Source: Halocafeteria seosinensis (Eukaryota). From it: DNA of 32,130 bases. The stretch spans positions 1-32,130 of the forward strand of contig LVLI01000259.1 of NCBI GenBank assembly GCA_001687465.1, given 5' to 3'. The notes under the pieces were generated by a model. That model did not search any database. It was not told where the DNA came from and saw only the letters and a list, made by a program, of their open reading frames with translations. A program made the position numbers and the translations under genes. This document shows positions 10,146-20,973 of this stretch, piece by piece; position 1 is the stretch's first letter, and every line of letters starts with the position of its first letter.

Positions 10146-11091
10146 ATGATTCATCAAGTAGTGAGTTGCTTGATCCTGGGAACTGTGCTCGCAGCTGCGG
10201 GGACCGAGGCCTACGCCCAGACGCAATTACGAGGAGCATACACATCCTCTCCTACCTGGCCGAATGTGTTCCAAGCGTCTTTCAACGAGACCTTGGACTA
10301 CGTGATCTTCAAAGGACACACGAATGGAACCATGTACTACAACTGGAACGTCACTAAGGAACGCACGGACCGCCAGAGTGTAAGTGGCCCTTACGGCTAA
10401 CGGGATGCTTGAAATGCATGCGCATGCATTTCAAGGAGTTTCGATGGTTACATTACAGGGTAAATACGACAGATACTGTGGACTCGTTATCTCCAAGGAC
10501 ACCCCTTGCACGTAAGTTTTCTGAAGCACCATCTGCTGAGACGACGAGATGCAAAATGGCGTTGTGACTCGGTTTCCAGGCATCTGGTGGTCGATGGCGT
10601 ACGCTATTTGAATTTCCCCCAAGAGAACTATTGCTGCAAATGCTGTACCGACAAGGGGGGCTGTGGAGTTCTGAAGCCGAACTGGATCGAGGCCTCCAAT
10701 GGCACCTACCAGGTATGTCGTGGAAGAAGCTCTCGCATACTTTTGAGCTTGACATAATCTCCAATTACTCTCTACAGGGTAGAAGCTACGTTGACGGACA
10801 CGAAGTGGATGGGTGGAAGATCAAAGGGCTCCAGGACAACTACTGGTACCAAACTACGTCAAATGGGGCTCCTGTGCAGCTGGTGCAAGAGGTATGTCGG
10901 AAGGAATACTTAGCTAGTTGGTGTCATGTGCTTCACTCGTTTCCACTGTACAGCCGGACGCCACTCGCGATTTTGATGTCAGTTCTTACTCTGTAGGAAG
11001 TCTACCGGACCATATCTTCGATGTACCGGCTGGATGCGACGAAAAGTGCTCCAAGAAGGCTCCTCTTTCAGTCTGCGCAACTTTGGACTAA
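10146..11091 (+). CDS. secreted/lysosomal Cys-rich glycoprotein, ependymin-related (EPDR-like) family
   Basis: Exons 10146-10379, 10459-10511, 10580-10712, 10778-10891, 10954-11091 splice in frame; signal peptide; PTWPNVFQASF, GTMYYNW, CCKCC..GCGVLKPNW, YQGRSYVDG..W, C-terminal PDHIFDVPAGC; several NxT sites. Gene is solid, family is an inference. Confidence 0.75.
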
Positions 11092-11179
11092 GCGGAAATT
11101 GTGCCAGTTTCGGCATGGTCAAAACAATATCAACTAAGCGATGTTCTGTTCTTATCCACTGTCTATTCATCATTGCTAC

Positions 11180-11490
11180 TAGTGAATGAATACCGCACTG
11201 CCAATTGAAACCATTCCGACGATGGTAGGTCGGGCTCCTCGTCCATCCGATGGCTCAGTGTATTGAGCATTTGCTGATGCATATAGTGGGCTCTAACTTG
11301 CCAACGATTATAACTGCTTCGTCGGAATATTTGTTATGTTTTCGGTGTTGAGTGGTACTTGTGAGCAGATTGTCTGCCGGTTTCGTCTTTTGGTGGCAGG
11401 TTATGGCGAAGCGGCATCGTTCAGGTGCTACCTTTTTTCCATCAAGGTCTTCCAGTCGTCAGGACTCCAGTTTTGTCTACCGTATTCATG
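11180..11490 (-). pseudogene. decayed fragment of a P1B-type (heavy-metal) P-type ATPase
   Basis: Minus strand reads NTVDKTGVLTTGRP* then, in other frames, YSDEAVIIVGKLE and DGRGARPTIVGMVSIGSAVFI; order and ~78-codon spacing fit P-domain DKTGTLTxGxP to N-domain GxG motif; stops and frameshifts present. Confidence 0.55.
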
Positions 11491-11568
11491 GGCTCCTGGC
11501 GTACAAGAGACTTGCTGTGCAACGAGTTAGAGGGGAAATACGTTGTGTGAGTGCAACGTTTACCACTC

Positions 11569-12348
11569 TTATTTGTGTTTGCGCTTTTTGACCTTGCCTT
11601 TAGTCTTGTCTTTAGGGACTCGGCCAGACATAGCCGTCTTCAACATTTCTGAATAATTCCGCTTTGCATACGACTTCACTCTATCATCGGTCGCAACTTC
11701 ATGGAAAAACGACTGTGGTCGTTGCTTCTTTGCAATACGCTTAGAACGTCCTTCCAGAGCTCCCTCGACAACGGTTCCGATTTGGAAGAACTTGGGTGGC
11801 TTTTTCTCCTCTTTCGTTTTGAAGAAGCGTTTAGGATCAAGATAATTACGATTTCTGAGCACCTCAAGGTCCCTCTTTACTTCATCCGTCATCACTGGAG
11901 CCTGCATATCAAACCATCCTTTACCCGCTGTTTCAGGTTGTTTCGCTCGTTCAGCTCGTCGGAGCGATTTCTTCTTCGAATGTGGTTCTGTCCTTAGGTC
12001 GTGCTTCACTGATTCGCCGTAATTATCGCTCTGCTTCAACGCTTTGTCCACTTCTCTATCTCCACCTCCCCCATGTACCACCTCTGCTAATTGATCCTCT
12101 TCTCCGTGAGCTGGCTGCTGGTTGGACGCAGATAGTTCTCCGAACGACTCCTGCGCAATCTGCTGTAGGAGCTCCCTTCTTCGGTCACTCTTCTGTTCAT
12201 CTCCGTCGTGTGACGCTGTTGTTGCGGCGCTAGTATCCTCTTTATGCCGTCTAGAATGATGATGCCCCCGTTGAATGGCTGCTTTGGCGAGTTGTCTAGC
12301 TTTCTCGTGCAGATCCTCTCCGCCGTTCACGTGGTTCGATGCTTCCAT
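11569..12348 (-). CDS. FCF2: Fcf2 pre-rRNA processing protein (DNTTIP2 C-terminal domain family)
   Basis: TAGKGWFDMQAPVMTDEVKRDLEVLRNRNYLDPKRFFK..PKFFQIGTVVEG is the Fcf2 signature; first ATG at 12348. Confidence 0.92.
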   Translation of the reverse strand: MEASNHVNGGEDLHEKARQLAKAAIQRGHHHSRRHKEDTSAATTASHDGDEQKSDRRRELLQQIAQESFGELSASNQQPAHGEEDQLAEVVHGGGGDREVDKALKQSDNYGESVKHDLRTEPHSKKKSLRRAERAKQPETAGKGWFDMQAPVMTDEVKRDLEVLRNRNYLDPKRFFKTKEEKKPPKFFQIGTVVEGALEGRSKRIAKKQRPQSFFHEVATDDRVKSYAKRNYSEMLKTAMSGRVPKDKTKGKVKKRKHK

Positions 12349-12474
12349 TTTTTCCACTTTCTTTCCGCGATACTCGTGCCCGCGTGTATGCTGCCAATCA
12401 GCTGTATGGACGTATATAATGGACTTGGGTCAGTGCAGGTAGGTCGCAGGATCCTCTGTGACACTAATACTCCT

Positions 12475-12639
12475 CTATGAGCGTTCCCGATCCCTACTCC
12501 TTTCCAACACAGCTTCCACTACTTTTAGTGTTCCATGTTCCAGGAGCAAACAACATGGTCGATCTTCGGCCAATGCCCACAGGGCAGGTACGCAATCTCT
12601 GACACAGTGCAAGTTGAAGTTGCAGCGACCGCTCCACAT
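12475..12639 (-). pseudogene. possible armadillo-repeat-like coding relic
   Basis: 54-aa frame containing CVPALWALAEDRPCCLLLEHGTLKVVEAVL, resembling ARM consensus ALWxLA...LxExGxLxxLxxLL; isolated and short. Confidence 0.25.
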
Positions 12640-13790
12640 TTAGAAGACAACTTTTGATTCCTAGGCCCTGAAAGTGTGAGCCCCTTATTGTGGTGGCAGA
12701 CTAAAGGTGCTTGGCTGATTGATAGAGATGGTTGCCTCGTACGGATGAGTAAAAATATTGATTTATTTCTTTGATGTCTGTGGTAAACTCCCTAAACTTC
12801 GCTGGAGTGGAAGTGAAGTTTCCAGATACGACATGTATCTAAAACATTCGGCACACTTGTGTTTAATTCAAGCGTTCACTTTTCACACACAACGGGAGGT
12901 GTGCACTACGAAACAACGTTCAACACCAACAGACGGGCATGGGCTTGCTAAGTTGCCAGTACATGTATACACGTACTGGACTGACGACTCGTGACGAGTT
13001 CATTTCCTTGCCACCTTCCAGGATATTCTGAGGCCACAGACCAGGAAACGCAGAAGTGAGTAGGGAATAACACTGCTCAACCAACTGACGAAAAGCCTGC
13101 TACATTTCCCGGCATACTGGGAGGAAGCATTGGTCACTCAAACTCCCGCAATATGAAGTCCCCACACGCAGGAAGGGGACTGGAGGAGCACCCTTCTCGA
13201 TGCGTCAAAACCGTAAAATTGGTTGTGTGTGCATCTCATTCAGGCAAGAATGTAGGAACGGACAGATGCACAATTTGTGCAGCACGAACCTCATACGTAC
13301 GTGTTTGCACAATTGCCATCGCAGTGCCTCGAGGTTTCAGGGCTCAAACCATTAAACCAAATTTTGTTTCCAAGAGCTCCGGGACGCGATTACGCTACCT
13401 CACCTAATTTACAACCTCATATCTCCTCTGTTGGAGCCTTATGGAAGCCCAATGCACAAAAATAAAGGAGAAGCCGAAATTCCTACTACGTTGAAGTTGA
13501 GGCCCCGAGTCCGGAAGGAGCGATTTACCACGTTCATGAATCATGCAGTCTCCTCCAACCATGTGGGTAGAGCACATGACCCTCGAATAGAGAGTCTGAT
13601 TGGGAGAAGAAAATCGAGCTTGATTAAGAAACTGCATCCAACCAGATACGAGGCAGCAAGGACTGACCCAACAGACACTTGCCTGGCTTACATTGTATGT
13701 ATGTATGCGCCAAATGCTCCCATGTGTAGCATTTTATACACATACTAACATGCTATATCTACCCTGTATGCATGCAGCTGTGCACCAAAA

Positions 13791-16100
13791 ATGCAGGAGG
13801 AATCCAAATGGGATGTCGTCACGAGAGCTGAGGCCCTCTGCGAGGATCATATCAATGCTGAATCTGAAGATGATGATCAAGCTTCTTCCCAGACAGAGTC
13901 TCAGTCGACGCACAATCGCGATGTGCATTCTACCCTGCACCAAGCGTTGGAGCTCGTGAAGCCTTTGCAAGCTGAAATTCAATCGGCTGTGTGCTTCAGA
14001 AGCCCAGGTGACGAGAAAAAGATCGATGGAGAAACAAAAGACTTATATATTCGAGTACGTTGTGTTTCGACGGTGTTCCGCCGTGGTATGATGGTTCTTC
14101 ACGAGTTGAGTTGATTTTGACAGGTAAGTACACTATTGGAAAACATTTACAGTCGCTTGTCTCGGGAGTCGCCATGCGAGGAATACACCGACAACAACTT
14201 GGAGTGGAGAGTGTGCAAGGCTTTACTCTCTAAATCGTTTGACGAGATTCGGGAGGTGGGAAACCTCATGTGGTCTAGACACAGGGATTTCCACCGGGCA
14301 TGGGCCTATTACACTGTAGCCATTTGCGTCAGCGGAGGAACTGACACCAAGGCTATGTGCAATCGGGCAGTAGTAGCCTTCTACAAGTTTTCCGACCGTC
14401 GGTTCCCTAATGCATACGATGTGCAAGACAACGAAAATGCAAGGGCTCTTTACGATGGATTTGAATCCGCTCGGAGAGCTTACCGGATGGATCCAGAGTA
14501 TACCAAAGCCAACCTCTATGCAACAAAGTGTGCGGTGGGTCTCGGATTACTTCGGGAAGTTCTCGACTGGATGCATGATGGAATGTCGACTTGTTTACGG
14601 CATATGGCGAGTGTTTCAGACGCTACAGTTGTCAGCAACTTAGACTCACATATTCAAGAAGTTGTTAACTTGGCCAAATCTTGTCCGCAAGACAGAATTG
14701 ACAGTAATATTGAGGTATTGAACAGTAAGACACAAAATGCAAGGGAGCTATTGATGCGCTGTGGCGACTGTAATGCAAGGGACGAAATGACTGCATACGT
14801 GGAACTTCTATTAGCTGCAGTCACTCACATTGTGCGCACATCGACGAAACTGGCTTTGGAAGAAACGAAACTGCGGAATAATGCTCCAGGGCTACCGGAG
14901 CCTCAAGTAAAGACAAGCGCGCGGCACATCGTCGACTCGCCAGCCTGTCCTCCCCGAGAAGAAAAGGTTCCCTTGGAAAAAAGGCTCATCGAAATAGAGG
15001 ACAAAAATACCTACTTCAACGGTGACGAGAGTAATCTAAAGACGATCGGAGACATGGAACGGGGTATACGAGTAGTTGCTCAACGGAACTTCCAAAGGGG
15101 TGAAGAAATCCAAACGGATGAACCATATTTCGCCACAACAGTCTTTACAGATCGCTTATGCGAGTTTTGCATGAAACCTCTTACCCTTGCGTCGTCGGTT
15201 CGCACCTGTCCTGGTTGTAAGTTCTTGAAATATTGCAGTGACAAATGTCACTCGGACGCTTGGTCAATGTATCACCGGGTACTATGTGGCAGAACGGAAG
15301 CCTATCAGAAGTTGCTTAAGAAGACATTCGATGAGGGTGTTGTACCAAACTCCCGCATGCCCCTTCAGGTTCTCAAACTCATGGGCTTCCTTGCACAATG
15401 TCATTTAAAGACCCTGTTGCGCTGTGATATTCGGAAATTTCGAGATAAGGCGGTAACTGCTAGAGGTTTGGTTGAAGAAGTGGGCTCGGTCAATCGAGAC
15501 TGGCTCAACTATGCGCCGTTGTTATTTGCATATCCAAGAACTTTGTTTACTGGAGGAGGAGAACCGACGCAGATTCAGCAGTCGATGGTTTCTGTAGAGA
15601 TGCTAGATCGATTTCATCTCACTCAAGAAGCGCTTAAAGGACCGATCACCTGCAAGGGGGATTTACCAGAGTCTTATGCAGGCCCGTTAAAGACCCGACA
15701 ATCGGAAAAGTTAACCAACATACTCCAAGCTCATCCAATGTTTGGGTACCGTGTATACGTTCAACTTGAGGCGTTGTTAGTGGAGAACGCGAAGAATGCT
15801 AACTTGGATTTCTTTGTGCCGGAAAAAACTCACACTGGATGTACGGCCAACAATCAACTCCTGCTGCGGTCTACAGCTTTTCTAAAGCACTCATGCTGCC
15901 CAAACGTCCATGAACAGCCTAACATGATGAATCCTAGTTCTGCAACCCGGTATGTGGCTGCGGAACGCATTCGGAAAGGTGACCAGTTGACGACCACTTA
16001 CGTCCCATTGAATTGGTCGAGGACCAAACGACGCCAGCAGCTTGAGATGGTGTACGGCTTCAGTTGCACTTGCCCTCGTTGCAAAGCTAGCGAGAGTTAA
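13791..16100 (+). CDS. TPR + split SET/MYND domain protein (SMYD family lysine methyltransferase-like)
   Basis: Exons 13791-14054 and 14124-16100; an upstream exon from ~13452 is possible (GTATGT 13695, TACTAAC 13743). TPR-like REVGN..AWAYYTVAI..CNRA; RGIRVVAQRNFQRGEEI; MYND CEFC..CPGC..YCSDKC..HRVLC; KHSCCPN, IRKGDQLTTTY, post-SET YGFSCTCPRC. Confidence 0.88.
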
Positions 16101-16339
16101 TCGACCATTAGTTATTGCTTGTGCACATGCACATGGATAAAATTTCAGGTATAATACACAGGAAGAGACTGTCACATATCTGTGAATGTGCATGTGAAGG
16201 TCTCCCACAGACCAGTTTCACGTCGATACAGCTGTAGCGTTCCTCGATTGTTCGAATGACTCCACCACTACGAAACAGTAGCGTGAGGGGAAATAGAGGT
16301 GTGAGACACATTGTGTAGTCCATTGTGGCTAGAGTGGGA

Positions 16340-17690
16340 ATGACAGCGGCGAGCTACGTCCTGAGGAATCGCCTGGTCGCTGCCGACTTCAGGAGGTCTA
16401 TACAAGGCCATCTACGACCCTTTTACTCCCCCATTACTACTCAGTACAGCGCATATGTACCTAGTTCGTGTGGAATACGGAAATGGAGCAGTAGCACTGG
16501 AACAAACACACCGCGGCTTCGGAAAGGTTTGGGTCAGCATGTGCTCAAGGACTACGCGACGATTAAGAAGATTGTGGATAAGGCAAACATACAGAGCGCT
16601 GACCGCGTGTTCGAACTCGGCCCTGGGACCGGAAATCTCACGATTCACCTACTGGAACGCGCTAAGAAAGTGTATGCGGTGGAATTGGACCCGGCCATGT
16701 GCCAAGCGACAAAGGAACGTGCGCAAAAGTTGTACGTTGTCCACTGGTAATAATCACGGAACTTACGGAGTGGTCAAGTGTGGTAACTTGTTGTACGCAG
16801 AGGATACTCGGATAAACTAGAGCTAGTGCAAGCGAACTTCCTCCAGGTACCATTCCCGAAACGATTCCATGCGATGGTGGCCAACATACCGTATAACATA
16901 ACCTCGCCCATTTTGCATCGGGTCCTGACCGAGTTGGGCCCCACAAAGGTCACTCGGTCCGATGGAGAAGAGAAACACGTACCCGCGAAACGAGCAATAC
17001 TAATGGTCCAAAAAGAATTCGGAGACCGAATGCTTGCAAGGTAAGCAGGTCTAGCCGAATCACGAATATTCCACTTTAACCCACTGGATTTGATAATACA
17101 GTCCGGGAAGCAGGGACTATTCACGTCTCTCAGTGAATTGTCGACTATTTGCCGACGTGGAAGACTTGCTACATGTTCCGGCATCGCTATTCACTCCGCC
17201 TCCGAAAGTTGATTCCACTGTGCTGAGAGTTGTGCCGGCAGGGATGTCTTCCCACCTACCGTTAGATCCCGGAGATCCTGATGATGCATTATTGCATAGC
17301 CTATGGTCTAGACAAGACTATAGGGATATGGCGATTTCCCCGACGATGAGCCCCAACTTTGACTGGGAGGCATGGAACTACTTGCTTAAGATATGTTTCG
17401 GGTTCAAGAACAAGACACTTAGAGCTTCGTTAACAACTAAATCCGTGGCCGCACGACTACTAAAGACTAGAGCTTACAATATCAGAGGGGTATCCCAAAA
17501 GAGCTATGAAGCTTCTCGTCGTTCCTCTGCGTCTGAGTTTGCTGCTGATAGTGTGACGGTCGCCCAAATGCAATCGACAGTATCTTCGCTGCTCAACCAC
17601 ATTGGGCTAGACGGTAAACGACCAAATGGAATGACCGAATTCGAATTTCGAAGGCTATATTTAGCTCTTGAAGGTCTTGGTTGTATATGA
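16340..17690 (+). CDS. SSU rRNA adenine dimethylase (KsgA/Dim1 family), probably mitochondrial
   Basis: Exons 16340-16731, 16801-17040, 17102-17690; LGQHVL, VFELGPGTGNLT, AVELD, VANIPYNITSPI, MVQKEF, YSRLSVNC, FTPPPKVDS, CFGFKNKTL; N-terminal ~55 aa Arg/Ser-rich and nearly free of acidic residues. Confidence 0.92.
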
Positions 17691-17699
17691 GAGTCAACC

Positions 17700-18600
17700 T
17701 GTAGTAGTGAGTTCCCTCCGTAGCTGTTTCGATTCCATGGGAGATCGCTGCAGATAATTGGTACCGAAGCGCCAATAATCACTTTGCAGATGTCCATCAA
17801 CACTGTTGTAACTTCGATGAATCATGGTAACTCTTTAACATGCTAGCTTCGAACGAGGCAAAAAGCAGCGACAGCTGAGAGGAACAGGGATTATCGAGTA
17901 GGTTGCAGCTAGGTGGAGGAGTATCCGTATTGAGGCACTTTGGTCACTCTCCAAAGTACAGGACGAAGAAGCCCCTCCGTCGTTATCTCGAAGCTCAAGC
18001 TGCCGAGTCAAGCACGGTGTGTCGTCGGTTTGAGCTCTTTTTTCCGACGGTCTTCGTGGCAAAAGCAGGTACGTAGTCGCACCGACCTCGTATTACGATT
18101 AAAGCTGCTGAGCCGCGTACTCGAATCGGGCTGAAATCTGCCTATTCTTTGAGACGTTCTCATTGAACCTCGCATAGGTCTTTTTTTTCTTTGTAGCATT
18201 GAGCTTGTTTGACCGTCGAAGTATTGTCGATTCTTCGGATCAACACCAGGTGGTTCCCCGGTGTCCGCGGCTACAGCCAGAAAAGCGCTGTGGCAAATTC
18301 GCGCCTGCCTTCCAGAAATACGGTTCAAATACCCCTCTGATATATCATTTACGACATTGAATCCTGTGATATCCCAGTTCTTTCCGAACATTTCGTATGC
18401 CGGTAGATTCCCAGCTTGTGCACTGCACCAACTGCATCGTCACTCGCATGCTTGTAGTGATGCACAATTTAGCCCGTCTATGATTGCCTTGCTCCTTGGA
18501 TCCTGTGGACAGGTCTCCGGAGGCACGAGATACAGTTGGAAGCATTCCGAGTGCCACTTGATTAAGACCCCGCCACACGCCCCACTCTTTCACGACGGTC
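17700..18600 (-). pseudogene. unassigned coding-like relic
   Basis: Several overlapping open frames on the minus strand (e.g. 18008-18391) with an apparent frame change near the poly-T run at ~18180; no motif recognised. Confidence 0.2.
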
Positions 18601-18947
18601 AGTCAGTCTGGTCAGGCGACTGGTGCACTGTTCGGCAATATCAATGGTTTGTGCGCGAACACGCATCTCGCACTTGGGAAAGTCAAGTACAGATACCAAG
18701 CGTCCTTGAGACAAGAAAAGCTCCTTTTGTCTTGCTTCATTGTGGTGGTAAGTTGACTTCACTTTGTGTGCCCGTGAAAGAAACTAAGGGGCACTCTTGA
18801 CGATGCTGTTTTTGTGCCCTGCAAATTCCCCTGTCCTAAGCCTTTGAAGCGTAGCAAGGCAAATGTTCTGTGGGGCTTCTGGCTCGACAATCAAGGCAAG
18901 GAAAGGTAAAATGGCTTTGAATTTACTTTCTTGCAGTAACACAGAAA

Positions 18948-20351
18948 ATGCGGCTTACTGTCCACCGAACTGGATGTCTGCTGCTGTCTGTTGCCATCAT
19001 GTGCACTGCCTCTGCGACAGCGACGACGGCATCCGAATACTATTACTACTACTATGATTATGATGACTACTGGGTGGATGACAATAACACGCCTGATGAT
19101 TTCAACTTCGATGATGATGCGTTTGACCACCTTAGCTCAGGCTGTATGAACTGTTTAGAAAAGGCATCTGGGGAATGCAACGGCCACCTTCCAAGCAGTG
19201 GAAGTAATTACGGTTCCGACTTGGTCAGTCCCGCCGCTTGTACCTGCTTGTGGGAAATGCAGGCCTGCTTAAGCGACCATTGCAATTTTCCGGGACAGGA
19301 AAGGTCCGAAGCCTACCTCCAGAACTCCATTCGTTGGGTCTGCAGCGCGCCGTTGTATCAACGCACACCTCAAATTGACGCTCCCCCTTCCGACGGCGAG
19401 TGCCGCTCGTGTCTGTCTGATTTCCCTGAGGTTCCCGAGGAAAACTGTGACAAATTTGGCGGGAAACCGAGTTGCTCCTGCGCCTTCTACAGCTGGACCG
19501 ATTTTCACTACGAAGACTTCGTTACGCGGGCAAGACGTCTCTATGGCTGCTCCCAAACTCCTCCGGAAGAATCGATGAGCGTCCAACCTGCCCAAGTATA
19601 TCTTGCCGGATTGACCCGCGGGGACCTAGAGCGAATGGGTCTAGCGGTGTTTATTGGGCGCTTTGAAAAAGATTTATACCGAGCGATTTGGGATGTATTA
19701 GGTGAGTTCTCTTCCTTAGAGGTTGTTGTTGCTGCTATTGACTTAGATGACGAGGGTGTAACGGTGGAGTTCGACGTCGAATACCGGACCACTCAACTTG
19801 CTTCTAATAGGCGTTTGGATGGTAGTAGAGCAATGACGGATCAGATCGAAGACCCTGAGCTGCGGAAGGCGTTCCTTGATACACATGCAAGCAAGTTGAG
19901 GGAGACTGGGTCCACGTCCATCGACTCCGATAAAAGCCGCGTCCAGAGCAAAGAGCACAGCGCTCGCGTTGAGACAAGTAGTGATCCTCCAGACGGTGTT
20001 TCATCTCCAGAGGATGACACGGAAGATCCTCCAGACGATGTTTTATCTCCAGAGGATAACCCGGAAGACGACGGGTCTGGGGCAGACTCTGGCGTTTCGC
20101 CCTCAGAAAAAGTAGCAATCGGCATCCCCGTCCTCGTGGGTGTGGGAGCCCTGCTAGCCGCACTCTATTATCGATATCGACTCCAGCAATCGCAGGCGAC
20201 TCGCAATAACACGGCAAATCGTACTGTGGCTTTCCAAAACCCCTTGTCGGAAGCCACAACACAGTGCTCAGCTGAGTCGACTCAGCCTACTGCTTCAACT
20301 CCCCCAGCGTATACGCCGCGATCCACAGAAACCTCAGTTTACTACGTTTAA
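18948..20351 (+). CDS. single-pass type I membrane protein with Cys-rich ectodomain
   Basis: 467-aa ORF: signal peptide, poly-Tyr/Asp tract, two Cys clusters, SEA-like GVTVEFDVEY, acidic stalk, TM helix VAIGIPVLVGVGALLAALYY, tail with PPAY and terminal VYYV. Confidence 0.85.
   Translation: MRLTVHRTGCLLLSVAIMCTASATATTASEYYYYYYDYDDYWVDDNNTPDDFNFDDDAFDHLSSGCMNCLEKASGECNGHLPSSGSNYGSDLVSPAACTCLWEMQACLSDHCNFPGQERSEAYLQNSIRWVCSAPLYQRTPQIDAPPSDGECRSCLSDFPEVPEENCDKFGGKPSCSCAFYSWTDFHYEDFVTRARRLYGCSQTPPEESMSVQPAQVYLAGLTRGDLERMGLAVFIGRFEKDLYRAIWDVLGEFSSLEVVVAAIDLDDEGVTVEFDVEYRTTQLASNRRLDGSRAMTDQIEDPELRKAFLDTHASKLRETGSTSIDSDKSRVQSKEHSARVETSSDPPDGVSSPEDDTEDPPDDVLSPEDNPEDDGSGADSGVSPSEKVAIGIPVLVGVGALLAALYYRYRLQQSQATRNNTANRTVAFQNPLSEATTQCSAESTQPTASTPPAYTPRSTETSVYYV
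19983..20066 (+). repeat. in-frame 42-bp tandem duplication
   Basis: Two units starting GATCCTCCAGACG encoding DPPDGVSSPEDDTE / DPPDDVLSPEDNPE. Confidence 0.9.
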
Positions 20352-20736
20352 TCACCGGGTTGACTGTATCGAATATACACACTATTTACATAACAAGTAG
20401 GCACGCAACACCAAGCGCTCTATAGTAACGACGTCTCTAATCAACACGTGCGATTCGAGTCCCGAGTTCACTGAGCTTTCTCAGGGTTTACCGTCCCCCA
20501 ACAAGGCGTAGCGTAGCCTGCAGCAGACATGTCGAAGTCGTACTTCAGTCACCATGCCGAGCCCTATCACCACAAGCGTAGCAGTCACTATGCCTCACTC
20601 ATGATTCCCTACGTGTACAGCATGTACGTTGTATCATATCCATGATCCATTCATCATATGTATTCGAATTGCCATTTCATTATAAGTACTGCAGAATGAG
20701 TGATATACAGTACCAGGTGTCTGCCCTCCGTTTCCC

Positions 20737-20882
20737 GAAACCAACACGTTGAAACATACATAGCTTCCAGAGAACCCACAATCCAATGAACTCCAAAGCT
20801 GGATGGAATTTCAAAGGTATGCAAAGTAGACGTTGCCACAACGAACCTCACGAACTCAAACTTCACAACACAATGAACCCTC
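20737..20882. repeat. diverged direct repeat, copy A (partner 23221-23397)
   Basis: Collinear shared blocks GAAACCAACWCGTTG, CAGAGAASCCACAATCCAATGAACT, AATTTCAAAGG, CGTTGCCMCAAC, CTTCACAACACAAT, CCCTC. Confidence 0.8.
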
Positions 20883-20973
20883 GCAAGCTTCTTGTATACT
20901 GTATCCCTCCCCTGGAATTTGTTAACCCCTGGGGCTGTGAAGGATTAGAAATAGTACGCGAAATGGATATGCC

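Noticed and set aside
11140..11160. TCTGTTCTTATC (and TGTAGTATC near 27320) matching pieces of U2 snRNA
   Set aside because: Isolated 9-12 nt matches without flanking U2 sequence
11430..11500. Tc1-like peptide HEYGRQNWSPDDWKTLM on the minus strand
   Set aside because: No following SDE motif; the overlapping frame with DKTGVLTTGRP plus downstream motifs explains the sequence better
20400..20470. GATTCGAGTCCC resembling a tRNA B-box or SINE head
   Set aside because: No A-box, no T-stem pairing, no cloverleaf
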